The notes below the pieces were generated by a model. It was not told the DNA's origin. It saw only the letters and a list, made by a program, of their open reading frames with translations, and ran no database searches. Made by a program: the position numbers and the translations under genes. Below, piece after piece: positions 9,300 to 17,787 of a stretch of 64,000 nt of DNA (its first letter is position 1; the number at the start of each line of letters is the position of its first letter). The stretch lies in IMG/VR virus record IMGVR_UViG_3300046674_000532; one strand, 5' to 3'. This stretch comes from a virus.

Positions 9300-9501
9300 C
9301 GGAAGGAGAGTTCCAGGTGCGTAGCCCGCCCTGAACAGCAGAGACGGCCGACCAGGCGTGAGCCTGTCGACCGCCTCCACGCCGGCGTACTGCGAATACG
9401 TCCCGGCTGCACAGATCGCCCACTTGATGGAAGGACCCGTACGTGTCGACCCTAGCGAAAACTTCGAGAACATCGAAGTTCAGGGGCCCCGGTGATAGCC
9501 G

Positions 9502-9762
9502 GTGACCCACCAGAACCCCCCTGTCTTCGTCACCTTCACAACCGGCGCGCAACTGCTCATCGACGAAGGCCTGGTCGAGAGCATCACGCCCGACGGCCTC
9601 AGGTACATCGCCCGCAAGGACGATGCCTGGCCGTTCGGTGACGGACAGGGCCAGCACCCGTACGTGATGGTCGGCAACGCCCGGACCATGGAGACGGGTG
9701 TCTTCCTGGACTTCTTCAAGGCGGGGCCGTCACGCGGCGGCCGCGGGCCGAACAAGTCCTAG
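9502..9762 (+). CDS. hypothetical protein
   Basis: ORF track 86 aa; GTG start; consistently G/C third positions. Confidence 0.55.
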   Translation: MTHQNPPVFVTFTTGAQLLIDEGLVESITPDGLRYIARKDDAWPFGDGQGQHPYVMVGNARTMETGVFLDFFKAGPSRGGRGPNKS

Positions 9763-9985
9763 GTCGCGTCTCCGACCAGCTCAGATCGCAGCCTGAGCCC
9801 GGAAACGCCGAACGGCCGGCTAGAGGTCGCAGCGCCTCATACCGGCCGTCACTAAGCACAACCAGTGGACGCCAATCCGCTGGCAACAAAACACCTCATG
9901 GAGAGGTACCCGCGATGAGCGTACCGGTAGGTACGGGTAACCCGGCAAGTAGCCCCGACGTGATCGTCCGCACGGGGGTGCTGCG

Positions 9986-11002
9986 GTGAGCGTTGAGCAC
10001 ATGGCGATGGTGTTCGCTGCGGACGGCCTGGACGGCAGCGAGAAACTGCTGCTCCTCGCGTACACGAACTACACCGACCCCCACGGGTACTGCTGGCCCG
10101 GTGAAGACCGGCTGGCTGACGACAGCGGGACGTCATTGAGTACGGTGCGCCGCACAAAGAAGAAGCTGATCTCCCGGAACCTGCTGAGGTCGGTGCGCCG
10201 GCAGGAGACGAGCAATCTGGCTCGGGTGAATCTGCCGCTGCTGGCGTCCATGGCGCGACCGCGGAAGGTCTACGACGACAACGAGGTGGAGCGGCTGTCG
10301 TTCGGAAGCGCCGAGCAGCAGGCGCCTGAAGATGCCTCTGACCTGCGGACAGTTCAATCTGACCTGTCGGGCGAGCAGGGCTCTGACCTGCGGACAGTTC
10401 ATTCTGACCTGAGTGACAGGTCAAATTGCTCTGACCGTCAGGTCAATCTGGCAGGTCCGACAGGTCAATCTGACCTGCAATCCATTAGTGATCCATCAGA
10501 GGGAACCATTAGCCGTCCTTCCGTCCAGGAGGCGGAGGCTTCGGAGGAGACGGATGGAGGGACGGACGGTCCAGCGGTCCCCCATCAGATCGGAAGGAAT
10601 TCAGGCGTCGACCTGCTGCTCGCGATCGGCGCGCAACAGCCAGAGTTCCTTCTGACGGGAAAGACGCTCCAGGATCAGGGACGGGCTGTGGCCGGCATGT
10701 TCCTTGAAGGCTGGACACGGGAGCAGCTCCGCCAAGTGATTACAGGTCGTCCTCTGCCGGATCAGATCACAACCACGGTGGGATCTATCGTTGCCAGCCG
10801 GTTGCGCCAGGCCTGCTCTGGACCTGCTCCTGGAAGCATCGGTGGACAAGAGGAACAGCGGCCGCGGAGCGCTCCCGCGGGTCCCCCGGACGGCATCACC
10901 CGGAGCAACTGCGGTGAATGCGGGGCACGCATCCGTCTCATCGGTAAGGCTTTGGATGACGGGCTGTGCCTGCCCTGCCGAGAGGAGATGGCTTCCGTAT
11001 GA
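9986..11002 (+). CDS. HTH replication-organiser-like protein with C-terminal zinc ribbon
   Basis: ORF track 338 aa; N-terminal winged-helix pattern (LLLLAYTNYTDPHGYCWPGEDRLADDSGTSLSTVRRTKKKL); CGECG...CLPC at C-terminus; iteron array inside the gene. Confidence 0.55.
   Translation: MSVEHMAMVFAADGLDGSEKLLLLAYTNYTDPHGYCWPGEDRLADDSGTSLSTVRRTKKKLISRNLLRSVRRQETSNLARVNLPLLASMARPRKVYDDNEVERLSFGSAEQQAPEDASDLRTVQSDLSGEQGSDLRTVHSDLSDRSNCSDRQVNLAGPTGQSDLQSISDPSEGTISRPSVQEAEASEETDGGTDGPAVPHQIGRNSGVDLLLAIGAQQPEFLLTGKTLQDQGRAVAGMFLEGWTREQLRQVITGRPLPDQITTTVGSIVASRLRQACSGPAPGSIGGQEEQRPRSAPAGPPDGITRSNCGECGARIRLIGKALDDGLCLPCREEMASV
10336..10478 (+). repeat. iteron-like array (candidate replication origin) inside the HTH replication gene
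   Basis: 31-bp direct repeat CTCTGACCTGCGGACAGTTCAWTCTGACCTG at 10336 and 10381; heptamer TGACCTG x5 and its complement CAGGTCA x3 within about 140 bp. Confidence 0.6.
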
Positions 11003-11451
11003 CCACAGAGGCCGCAGCAGGTGAGGACCTCCTCAAGGTCGAATACCTGTACGCGATCCAGGCCGAGCACTGGTCCGGCGACGACAGCCGCTTCCACGTT
11101 CCCAAGCAGGTCATCACCTTCCGGATCATTAAGAAGACGCCGAAGCGGATCTACTACATCGCCAGCGAGGGCTGGGAGCCGCGTCGGCGAACCGGTTACG
11201 TCGACCGGCAGCGCATCGAGGCCGAGGGCGAGGTGTATTCCCGGTCGCTGCACTGGTCCGCTCCCGACTTTCACCTCTACCTGGAAGCCCCGGAGTTGGA
11301 GGAATACGCGCCGGCCCCTGATCTGGCCCAGTTGAAGGCCGCTATGCGGGCAGCGCACCCGGACGTGGGGGGATCGGATGAGGCATTCCGGGAAGCCCAC
11401 GAGCGGTACGAGCGGGCCCGGGTGAATGCGAGCAGGAAGAACCGAGCCTGA
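10999..11451 (+). CDS. protein with C-terminal J-domain-like segment (HPD motif)
   Basis: frame of track ORF 10966..11451; ATG 10999 overlaps upstream stop (ATGA); LKAAMRAAHPDVGGSDEAFREAHERYERA resembles DnaJ helix II-HPD-helix III. Confidence 0.5.
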   Translation: MTTEAAAGEDLLKVEYLYAIQAEHWSGDDSRFHVPKQVITFRIIKKTPKRIYYIASEGWEPRRRTGYVDRQRIEAEGEVYSRSLHWSAPDFHLYLEAPELEEYAPAPDLAQLKAAMRAAHPDVGGSDEAFREAHERYERARVNASRKNRA

Positions 11452-11461
11452 CAGGTCGTAG

Positions 11462-11495
11462 CTGTGCCCCCAGCATCTCGGGTCTGGGGGCACAG
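11462..11495. terminator. bidirectional stem-loop between convergent genes
   Basis: perfect 12-bp stem CTGTGCCCCCAG / CTGGGGGCACAG with 10-nt loop. Confidence 0.65.
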
Positions 11496-11507
11496 GCGTT
11501 CGTCCGG

Positions 11508-11738
11508 CTATCCGAGGGGCGCCGAGGCGGTGGACGCAAGGTAATCGCCGGGTCCCGCGTGGTGGCGGCCCTGGTCGTCGACGACGATGACGGGCGGGCA
11601 GGCCGGGCATGAGATGCAGCCAAGGCCGATCCACCGCCAGCCGGCATCCCACAGGCCGGAATGGTCCCGGTCGTCGGGGAGGTTCGCGGTGGTGCCGCAG
11701 TCGTCGGTGGTGCAAGTGACTGTCATCGGCTTGCTCAT
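11508..11738 (-). CDS. Cys-rich hypothetical protein
   Basis: ORF track 76 aa; GC3-rich; GAAAGG upstream of ATG; isolated minus-strand gene. Confidence 0.55.
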   Translation of the reverse strand: MSKPMTVTCTTDDCGTTANLPDDRDHSGLWDAGWRWIGLGCISCPACPPVIVVDDQGRHHAGPGDYLASTASAPLG

Positions 11739-11862
11739 CAGGGGCCTTTCACGTGCCGGATGGCCAGCCTAGTCGCGCTCCTGCGGACCTCGGATCGGAG
11801 GCAACGGTCGGCCGCGGGCGCGGGACGATGGGGATACGCCTCTTAGCCCCGAGGAGCCCCCA

Positions 11863-12288
11863 GTGAGCAGCAGCTACCTCATCCTTTGCCTGTCGCACGA
11901 TCCGGCGACCACGGCATACGAGTCCAGCAGCCCGGAAGCAGCAGCCGAAGCCATCAGGGCGGGCATCGCGGGCCATCCCGACTGCGACCTGCTCATCGAG
12001 CGTGTATCCGGTGGGCCCGTCGAGTACGGATGCCCTCCACCTCCGGCGACGACACGGCCTGCGGGCCAGGTCTGCCATCACAAGGCCACGGAATGGGTCC
12101 ACATCGACTGGCTACGGCTCCTCAGCCGCTCCCAGACGTCTGCCGATCCGAACGTCCAGGAGGCGGTTCGTCAGGGCCGGTTCCCTTGCTGGACCCGAGA
12201 CCGGCTGCATCGACTGCGGTACCCCCTGGGTGTGGCAGGTGGCCCCCGGAACGGTAAGGGATGGACGGGCGGCGATGCCGGTGAGTGA
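11863..12288 (+). CDS. hypothetical protein
   Basis: ORF track 141 aa; GTG start after GAGGAG. Confidence 0.6.
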   Translation: MSSSYLILCLSHDPATTAYESSSPEAAAEAIRAGIAGHPDCDLLIERVSGGPVEYGCPPPPATTRPAGQVCHHKATEWVHIDWLRLLSRSQTSADPNVQEAVRQGRFPCWTRDRLHRLRYPLGVAGGPRNGKGWTGGDAGE

Positions 12289-12571
12289 TGTTCCTGAAGG
12301 CCACCCGATTCCCTGGGATCAGCTTGTGGCCTACGAGCGGGACCAGGGCGGGTACTGGCTCTACCCAGACGGCCGCGACGTGTGCGGGAACGGAAAAGTC
12401 TGGGTTGCCGTGCCCCGGCCGGAGGAGCCCGGCGAACTGCAGCGGTACGTCCGGCAGGTGCAGCATCTGGCGCAGCGCATCAGCAGTCGGGCCGAGGCGA
12501 CAGGGAACACGGCGATGGCCGAGCTCGCTGGAAGACTGACGCGGGCCTGTACAGGGCAGGGCAGTTCGTGA
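12275..12571 (+). CDS. hypothetical protein
   Basis: frame of track ORF 12002..12571; ATG 12275 (MPVSDVPEGHPIPWDQLVAYERDQGGYW...), 14-nt overlap with upstream gene. Confidence 0.55.
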   Translation: MPVSDVPEGHPIPWDQLVAYERDQGGYWLYPDGRDVCGNGKVWVAVPRPEEPGELQRYVRQVQHLAQRISSRAEATGNTAMAELAGRLTRACTGQGSS

Positions 12572-12686
12572 ATGGCCGGCTGGACGGCTGTGCGCGCCGG
12601 CGACTTCCGGATGCTGTAATCCTCGCCCGTTTCCTCGCAACGGGATCCGCTTACCATCGAGAGAACTTGACCGCGGAAGGACTGCT

Positions 12687-13124
12687 GTGGACCTGCAGGA
12701 TGCTTCAGCCGACCAGTTGATGTCCTGGGTGAGCAACGGCATTGAAGCCAAGAAGGCATCTGTGGAGCGCGGCTTGCAGCCGTCGAACTGGCTGTGGCCG
12801 CTCGCCAACGATGCTGATTCAATCCTGCGCCGCTGCGCTGCCGACACCGTCCTGCTGAACCTGCATGCCGGGCGAGGCCACTCCTGCCCCGCGTACGACG
12901 CGGACGGCGATCTGGACGAAAACGCACGGTTCTACGATCATGAGGCGTGCCCGGTTCTCCAGCAGTTGGCTGAGGGTTACGGATGGTCGAGGACCGGCGG
13001 GCAGATCGAGTGTGGTTGGCATCCGCTGGATGGGACAGCGGACTGCGGCTGGGATCAGTCCTGCCCCACGCACGGATCGGGCGGCGTTCAGACGGACGCG
13101 TCGAGAGTGGAGCGCGCGGGCTAG
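12687..13124 (+). CDS. hypothetical protein, DUF6221-like pattern
   Basis: ORF track 145 aa; GTG after GGAAGGA; ILRRCAADTVLLNLH...C...ACPVLQQLAEGYGW resembles a family common in Streptomyces phages (memory only). Confidence 0.45.
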   Translation: MDLQDASADQLMSWVSNGIEAKKASVERGLQPSNWLWPLANDADSILRRCAADTVLLNLHAGRGHSCPAYDADGDLDENARFYDHEACPVLQQLAEGYGWSRTGGQIECGWHPLDGTADCGWDQSCPTHGSGGVQTDASRVERAG

Positions 13125-13285
13125 TCGGCTTCGGTCCAGGGCGGGTCGTGGGGGGTGCAGGTCGTGCCGCACCACCAGCATTCGAAGTCCTCTACCCGGT
13201 ACCGCTGCGTCCACCAGGAGACGACTGGAGTCCCCCACACGACGCATTCGGTGTCGCACCATCCGCAGGTGAACAGGAAGTTCAC
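13121..13285 (-). CDS. Cys-rich zinc-ribbon-like micro-protein (54 aa)
   Basis: 3' end of track ORF 13121..13663; GTG 13285 with AAGGAGG RBS; VNFLFTCGWCDTECVVWG...CWWCGTTC. Confidence 0.5.
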   Translation of the reverse strand: MNFLFTCGWCDTECVVWGTPVVSWWTQRYRVEDFECWWCGTTCTPHDPPWTEAD

Positions 13286-13347
13286 GGCGCCTCCTTGGCG
13301 GTCGCGCGGGTCGTTTCGGTGGTGCTGGGGGAACTCGATCCCGAATA

Positions 13348-13383
13348 GGCATTGCAATGCCATGCCCGTACCGGTACGGTGAT
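13348..13383 (+). promoter_or_regulatory. promoter-operator motif copy 1
   Basis: GGCATTGCAATGCCATGCCCGTACCGGTACGGTGAT; -35 TTGCAA 13352-57, 17-nt spacer, -10 TACGGT 13375-80; perfect palindrome GGCATTGCAATGCC. Confidence 0.65.
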
Positions 13384-13480
13384 GTATGTCCGGCAAGGAA
13401 CCCCAACCGACAACCCGTCCCCTACCCCAAACGATTCCCTCCCGCCCCTCGCCCCCACAAGGAGGAAACACCCCAACCCA

Positions 13481-13513
13481 GCCCGGCCGCCAACCCCCTG
13501 GCGGTCGGGCTTT
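13481..13513 (+). terminator. stem-loop plus TTT in leader downstream of motif copy 1
   Basis: GCCCGGCCGCC / GGCGGTCGGGC (11 bp incl. one G-U) followed by TTTCC; near-identical element at 14382. Confidence 0.5.
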
Positions 13514-13653
13514 CCTACGCAGGGAACAGTCCGCCGAAACAGGCCGACGATGACCCCACACCGATGGCCGGGCCCTTTCCGTTGCCGACCGACTGTCAGT
13601 GCCGCCCGGCACCATAGACGCCAGAACGCCCAACACCGGCTTGGAGGCCAGTA

Positions 13654-14373
13654 GTGGACGCACCCGACTTCTCCACCCTCACTGACGACCAGTACTCCGA
13701 CCTGCTCACCCACCAGGCGCACCCGCGGTTCCGCGACCCGGACGTCTGGAGCACGCTCACCAGCCCCGAGAACATCGAACGGACCCGTTCCATTCTGGTG
13801 CAGATGCACCAGCGGACCGCGAACGCGCTCGGGCGGAAGAAGTCGGAGCGGGAAGCGTTCGAGCAGGAGTGCCGGGCCCGCGGAGCCGCCGGTAAGGCCG
13901 CCTGGTTCGAGAGCCAGCCCGCGTACGAGAACACGCGGCGCAAGATGGCCGGGTTCCACCAGCTTGTTCAGCAGGCTATCTCCGACGTCGGAAAGATTCA
14001 GAAGGATCACAACCGGGCCGGAAGTCACCTGGTCAGCAACGCAGCCCGGGAGACGCTCCGTCAGCTTGCCGTGGCCGTGCAACGGCACCAAGCCCAGCAC
14101 GCGAAGAGCGGCTCGATCGCGGAGCAGCAGGACTACGAGCTGTGGCAGCTCCTGGACCGTCTCACCGTGCCGTGCGGCCCGAACCATGAGCAGACGAGTC
14201 TGCGGACGATGCTCGACTTCTACTGGACGGACGTCACCCCCATCACGGACACGGAGTCCGGGCGGGAGGCTGCCGAGCGGTCCATGCGGAAGGCGCCGGC
14301 CGGACGGTCCTCCTCGTACACGGGCGTACCGCGGGCCCGGCACCTCGGGAACCAGAAGGACCTCGCCAGCTGA
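13654..14373 (+). CDS. hypothetical protein
   Basis: ORF track 239 aa; GTG start with GGAGG RBS. Confidence 0.65.
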   Translation: MDAPDFSTLTDDQYSDLLTHQAHPRFRDPDVWSTLTSPENIERTRSILVQMHQRTANALGRKKSEREAFEQECRARGAAGKAAWFESQPAYENTRRKMAGFHQLVQQAISDVGKIQKDHNRAGSHLVSNAARETLRQLAVAVQRHQAQHAKSGSIAEQQDYELWQLLDRLTVPCGPNHEQTSLRTMLDFYWTDVTPITDTESGREAAERSMRKAPAGRSSSYTGVPRARHLGNQKDLAS

Positions 14374-14381
14374 AGCACCCA

Positions 14382-14414
14382 GCCCGGTCGCTATCCTCCT
14401 GGCGGCCGGGCTTT
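14382..14414 (+). terminator. stem-loop plus TTT, sequence-related to 13481..13513
   Basis: GCCCGGTCGC / GGCGGCCGGGC followed by TTTCGG; shares CCCAGCCCGG...CTGGCGG.CGGGCTTTC with the earlier hairpin. Confidence 0.5.
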
Positions 14415-14461
14415 CGGCGTTCCTGCCCGCGATGTCAGACTCGGCTGGGAAGATGCCCACT

Positions 14462-15772
14462 ATGTCCGCACGCACGACGAAAGCCCTCGAGGCCTGGCAT
14501 GAGCTGAATGATCGCCAGCAGGGCACCCTCGCCGTCATCTACGACCTGGACCAGGCCACCGAGTCCGGCCGCCGGCAGAACGCAGCACAGGGACAGTACG
14601 ACAACCGGCCCGCCCTCGAGTGGCGCAGTATCGACTTCGCACACGAGCCCGCCATGCGGAAAGTGTTCGGCTGGACCATGCTGCAGGAGCGCCTGATGTG
14701 GCGGGGCTGGGACAACCAGGGCAACGGGTCCACCATGGCCGCGCTCGAACGTCGCGGCCTCATCGCCCGCGATGGCCGGCCCACCCGCTTCGGGCGCATG
14801 CACACGGTGCGTCTGACCCGTGAGGGCCGTGCCGCAGCCCAGGCTGGCACCAGCCTCAACCCCGGTGGACCGCGTAAGGCTGCGCTCGGTCATCGGTCCT
14901 GGGAAGTCCTCGCCCTGCTCTGGTCGGCCCACCTCCGCGGGAAGCCGCTGAAGTGGGGGTATTCCACGACCATCGAACGGGCGCTGATCGACAAGCACGT
15001 GCCGCCCCTGGCTCGCAGCGTTCTCGGCGGCTACGAGATCACCGACCGCGGCCGCGACTTCTACCGCGAGCATCATGCCGCCCATACGGCCGCGCACCCC
15101 GATGTCCGAGCACCCCACCCCGACGGCGCTGAGGCCGAACCATGGCCAGCGGAAGCTGACAAGCTGCTCACCCAGCACCGGCAGCTCTATCTCGCCCTGC
15201 TCGACGCGTGGGGGAACGTCTGCAAGGCCCGAAAGGCCGCCGCGGAGGAGTCCGTCGCAGCTCTGCCCAAGGTGTCGGACGCTCTTCCTGACGTGGTCGT
15301 TGCCCAGATGGAGACCCGGCACAAGCTATGGTGCGAAACTGCCCAGCAGCGGGCCGGTCTCACCGCCGAGCATGCCGAAGACCTCAGTGCTCGAGCCGAG
15401 CATGCCGCCCGGGCCTACGCGGTCGCAGCCCTGACCGCCTACCGGGCGGCCGTCACCCAGACCGACCCGCTCGAGACCATGACGCCCCCCGCCCCGGACC
15501 CTGACACGTGGGACGAGCCGCCCCTGCCGACGCCTGCGAAGACCGGCGTCAACGCCATCGACGCCGCAGCGGCGAAACTGCACGCGACCGTTGTGGGCAG
15601 ACCGATCAAACGGCGTGGCCCAGCGCCCACACGGCGCACTCGCCGGGGGAACGTTCGTGTCGCAGAGAAGCCATCCGCAGAGCCCGGAGCAGCCCTGTAC
15701 GCCCTCGCGGAACACTGCCGCGGGCATGTCCAGGACGGCTCTCTGCTGCGCCGCCTGCATCCGGCGGACTGA
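14462..15772 (+). CDS. hypothetical protein (possible winged-helix N-terminus)
   Basis: frame of track ORF 13964..15772 (5' part is R/P-rich shadow); ATG 14462 has GGGAAGA upstream; alt ATG 14432 or 14453. Confidence 0.55.
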   Translation: MSARTTKALEAWHELNDRQQGTLAVIYDLDQATESGRRQNAAQGQYDNRPALEWRSIDFAHEPAMRKVFGWTMLQERLMWRGWDNQGNGSTMAALERRGLIARDGRPTRFGRMHTVRLTREGRAAAQAGTSLNPGGPRKAALGHRSWEVLALLWSAHLRGKPLKWGYSTTIERALIDKHVPPLARSVLGGYEITDRGRDFYREHHAAHTAAHPDVRAPHPDGAEAEPWPAEADKLLTQHRQLYLALLDAWGNVCKARKAAAEESVAALPKVSDALPDVVVAQMETRHKLWCETAQQRAGLTAEHAEDLSARAEHAARAYAVAALTAYRAAVTQTDPLETMTPPAPDPDTWDEPPLPTPAKTGVNAIDAAAAKLHATVVGRPIKRRGPAPTRRTRRGNVRVAEKPSAEPGAALYALAEHCRGHVQDGSLLRRLHPAD

Positions 15773-15866
15773 CACGCCAAGCAGACTTCCATCTTCCCTC
15801 CCCGCTCTGTCAGTGCCCGCTGCCAGACTGGCCGTTGCCGACAACGACCCGAGGGGGAACCTCCGC

Positions 15867-16430
15867 GTGGACACCGAGCAGCAGCCCGCACAGCCCGGGG
15901 AACTCTGCACCTGCGGCCGGCAAGCCGTCACCGTCTACAGCACCGAGCAGTACGGCGACGTCGGGCACTGCGGCATCGACGGCGCCGCCTCCCGGCCCGT
16001 CCTGCCCTGCCCATGGTGCGGCACCAGCGAACCCCACAAGCAGCCGTGGGGCGACCCGACGAAGTGCCCCGACTACCGGCTCCGTGTTGATCGAAGCGAA
16101 GAGGATTCGCCAGTGCCGCAGCCCATGGTCGTGACCCGGAACGCGGACGGCAGCCACAGCCCCGCCTACGACGAAGCCTGGCCCGAGGGCACCCAACTGG
16201 AGTGGCATGCCGGCATCGTCGCCCTGCAGACCGGCCTGCGCATCGAGGTGACCCGGTCGTCGGGCATCCAGACGGGCGTGCCGACCGTTCCGGGCGTCGT
16301 GGCGAAGGAGTCGTACCACCTGTCCCTCCGCGGGCCGAAGACGCTGACGGGCACCGGGCCCATCAGCTTCGACGACGCGTGGTGCTTCCTCGACGGCGTA
16401 GCCGCAGGCGTCCGCGCGATGCAGACCTGA
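15867..16430 (+). CDS. hypothetical protein with N-terminal Cys cluster
   Basis: frame of track ORF 15591..16430; GTG 15867 after GAGGGGGAA. Confidence 0.55.
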   Translation: MDTEQQPAQPGELCTCGRQAVTVYSTEQYGDVGHCGIDGAASRPVLPCPWCGTSEPHKQPWGDPTKCPDYRLRVDRSEEDSPVPQPMVVTRNADGSHSPAYDEAWPEGTQLEWHAGIVALQTGLRIEVTRSSGIQTGVPTVPGVVAKESYHLSLRGPKTLTGTGPISFDDAWCFLDGVAAGVRAMQT

Positions 16431-16535
16431 CCGCAGGGAACGGTGTCAGCGCTGGCTGTCAGACTGGCCGGGCATTGCTCCAAAGCGCCCCCACGACCCG
16501 CTTCTTGACCGGTGAGGGGAAACGCTGGTCGACCG

Positions 16536-16562
16536 CCCCCAGCCCGTGGACGGGTCTGGGGG
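16536..16562. terminator. stem-loop between convergent genes
   Basis: CCCCCAGCCCG / CGGGTCTGGGGG, about 11 bp with one mismatch. Confidence 0.45.
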
Positions 16563-16567
16563 CGTCT

Positions 16568-16834
16568 TCATGCCCGGCCTGGCCGCCGTGGCGCCTTGGC
16601 GTTCTGTTCGTGGCCCGGCCAGTCCGGGTCGTCCTCGGCCGTCGGCAACTCCCGGTGGCCCTCGCTCCACGCATTGACCCACCCGCAGTGGCCACAGGCG
16701 TATCTACCGTTTACCCCGGCGAGCTGGCTGCCGCACTGGCGGCAGTCTGTGGAGGTGATCTCCTGGCCCTCCAGGAACGCGGCTGCGGCGGCCGCCGTCT
16801 CGGGCGCGGTGCGGCTGCTCTGGTCCGTGGTCAC
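16568..16834 (-). CDS. zinc-ribbon protein
   Basis: ORF track 88 aa; CRQCG...CGHCG. Confidence 0.55.
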   Translation of the reverse strand: MTTDQSSRTAPETAAAAAAFLEGQEITSTDCRQCGSQLAGVNGRYACGHCGWVNAWSEGHRELPTAEDDPDWPGHEQNAKAPRRPGRA

Positions 16835-16956
16835 CCGGCCGACCCTACCGGTGGTGCCGGCGCGGGTGCGTGTCCGGAGATGGGGCCGCAGTTGGGGCAG
16901 GCCCAGGAGCCGTTACCGCCTTGCTGTGCCTGCGCTCCGCAGTTCGGGCAGTTCAT
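16831..16956 (-). CDS. zinc-ribbon micro-protein (41 aa)
   Basis: 3' part of track ORF 16831..17058; ATG 16956; MNCPNCGAQAQQGGNGSWACPNCG; stop overlaps next start. Confidence 0.45.
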   Translation of the reverse strand: MNCPNCGAQAQQGGNGSWACPNCGPISGHAPAPAPPVGSAG

Positions 16957-17064
16957 TGATTCACCGTCCCGGTGTGGGTGGGTGTTGCCGGCCCTGTCCA
17001 GGGTGCCCGTGCGGGCGGGTGTCGGGTAGAGGGCGTACGCACAGGTTCCACCCCCCACTGTTCA

Positions 17065-17099
17065 GGCATTGCATTGCCATGCCTGAACAGGTACACTGA
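17065..17099 (+). promoter_or_regulatory. promoter-operator motif copy 2
   Basis: GGCATTGCATTGCCATGCCTGAACAGGTACACTGA; -35 TTGCAT, 17-nt spacer, -10 TACACT 17092-97; 40 nt upstream of GTG 17137. Confidence 0.65.
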
Positions 17100-17136
17100 A
17101 ATTACCGCACCACACCCGCCACCCAGGGGGCCACCC

Positions 17137-17691
17137 GTGCCGACAAACGCGACCCACACCGTGACCCGCGAACCCAAACACCCCGGCTACGACACCCTTG
17201 GCGACGCCAACAACTGGGGAGAAGAGTTCTACCTCCTCACCAACGGCGAACCCATCGGCGGAACCTACTGGTGCCCACCCGGCCCGAACATCGAAGCCGG
17301 CAAACAGTGGGTGTCCTACGGCCCCGCCGGATACTCCTTCAGCCACACCACCCGCGAAGACGCCGAACAGGTCCAACTCGCGGCCGCCGGCATCACCGCC
17401 ACCACCCCCACCGAGACCGTGTCCACCCCGGCCCCGGAACTCCCCGAAACAAAGCCCCTCCCTATGACGTGGGACCAAGCCCTCACCGAAGCCAAGGAGA
17501 AAGGCGTCAGCCGCTGCAGCGACCCCGCCCTCATGGCCTCCTTCTGCGACGGCTCCATCCAGCACCTGGCCGGCGCCGTATCCCCCCAGCTCGTCTGGGA
17601 GGGAGCCCAGAAGAAGGGCCTGTCGGCGAAGGAACTCGGACGCTTGTGCAGTACGGACGTGATGGCCGTCTCCGACCTCATGTGGATCTGA
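17137..17691 (+). CDS. hypothetical protein
   Basis: frame of track ORF 16972..17691; GTG 17137 after CAGGGGG. Confidence 0.6.
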   Translation: MPTNATHTVTREPKHPGYDTLGDANNWGEEFYLLTNGEPIGGTYWCPPGPNIEAGKQWVSYGPAGYSFSHTTREDAEQVQLAAAGITATTPTETVSTPAPELPETKPLPMTWDQALTEAKEKGVSRCSDPALMASFCDGSIQHLAGAVSPQLVWEGAQKKGLSAKELGRLCSTDVMAVSDLMWI

Positions 17692-17700
17692 ATTCCAACC

Positions 17701-17728
17701 GTTGCCCTCGCCTCCGGGCGGGGGCAAC
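17701..17728 (+). terminator. GC-rich stem-loop
   Basis: GTTGCCCTCGCC tccg GGCGGGGGCAAC, 12-bp stem with one G-U. Confidence 0.55.
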
Positions 17729-17787
17729 GTGCGCCCGGAACCGGGCCACCCTCACGTACACCACCCCAGCAACAGCAAGGACCCAGC

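Noticed and set aside
9920-9940. CGTACCGGTAGGTACGGGTAA, resembling the 3' half of the six-copy motif, upstream of the replication gene
   Set aside because: It lacks the GGCATTGCAATGCC palindrome and has a 4-nt insertion. I did not count it as a seventh copy. It could still be an unrelated promoter.
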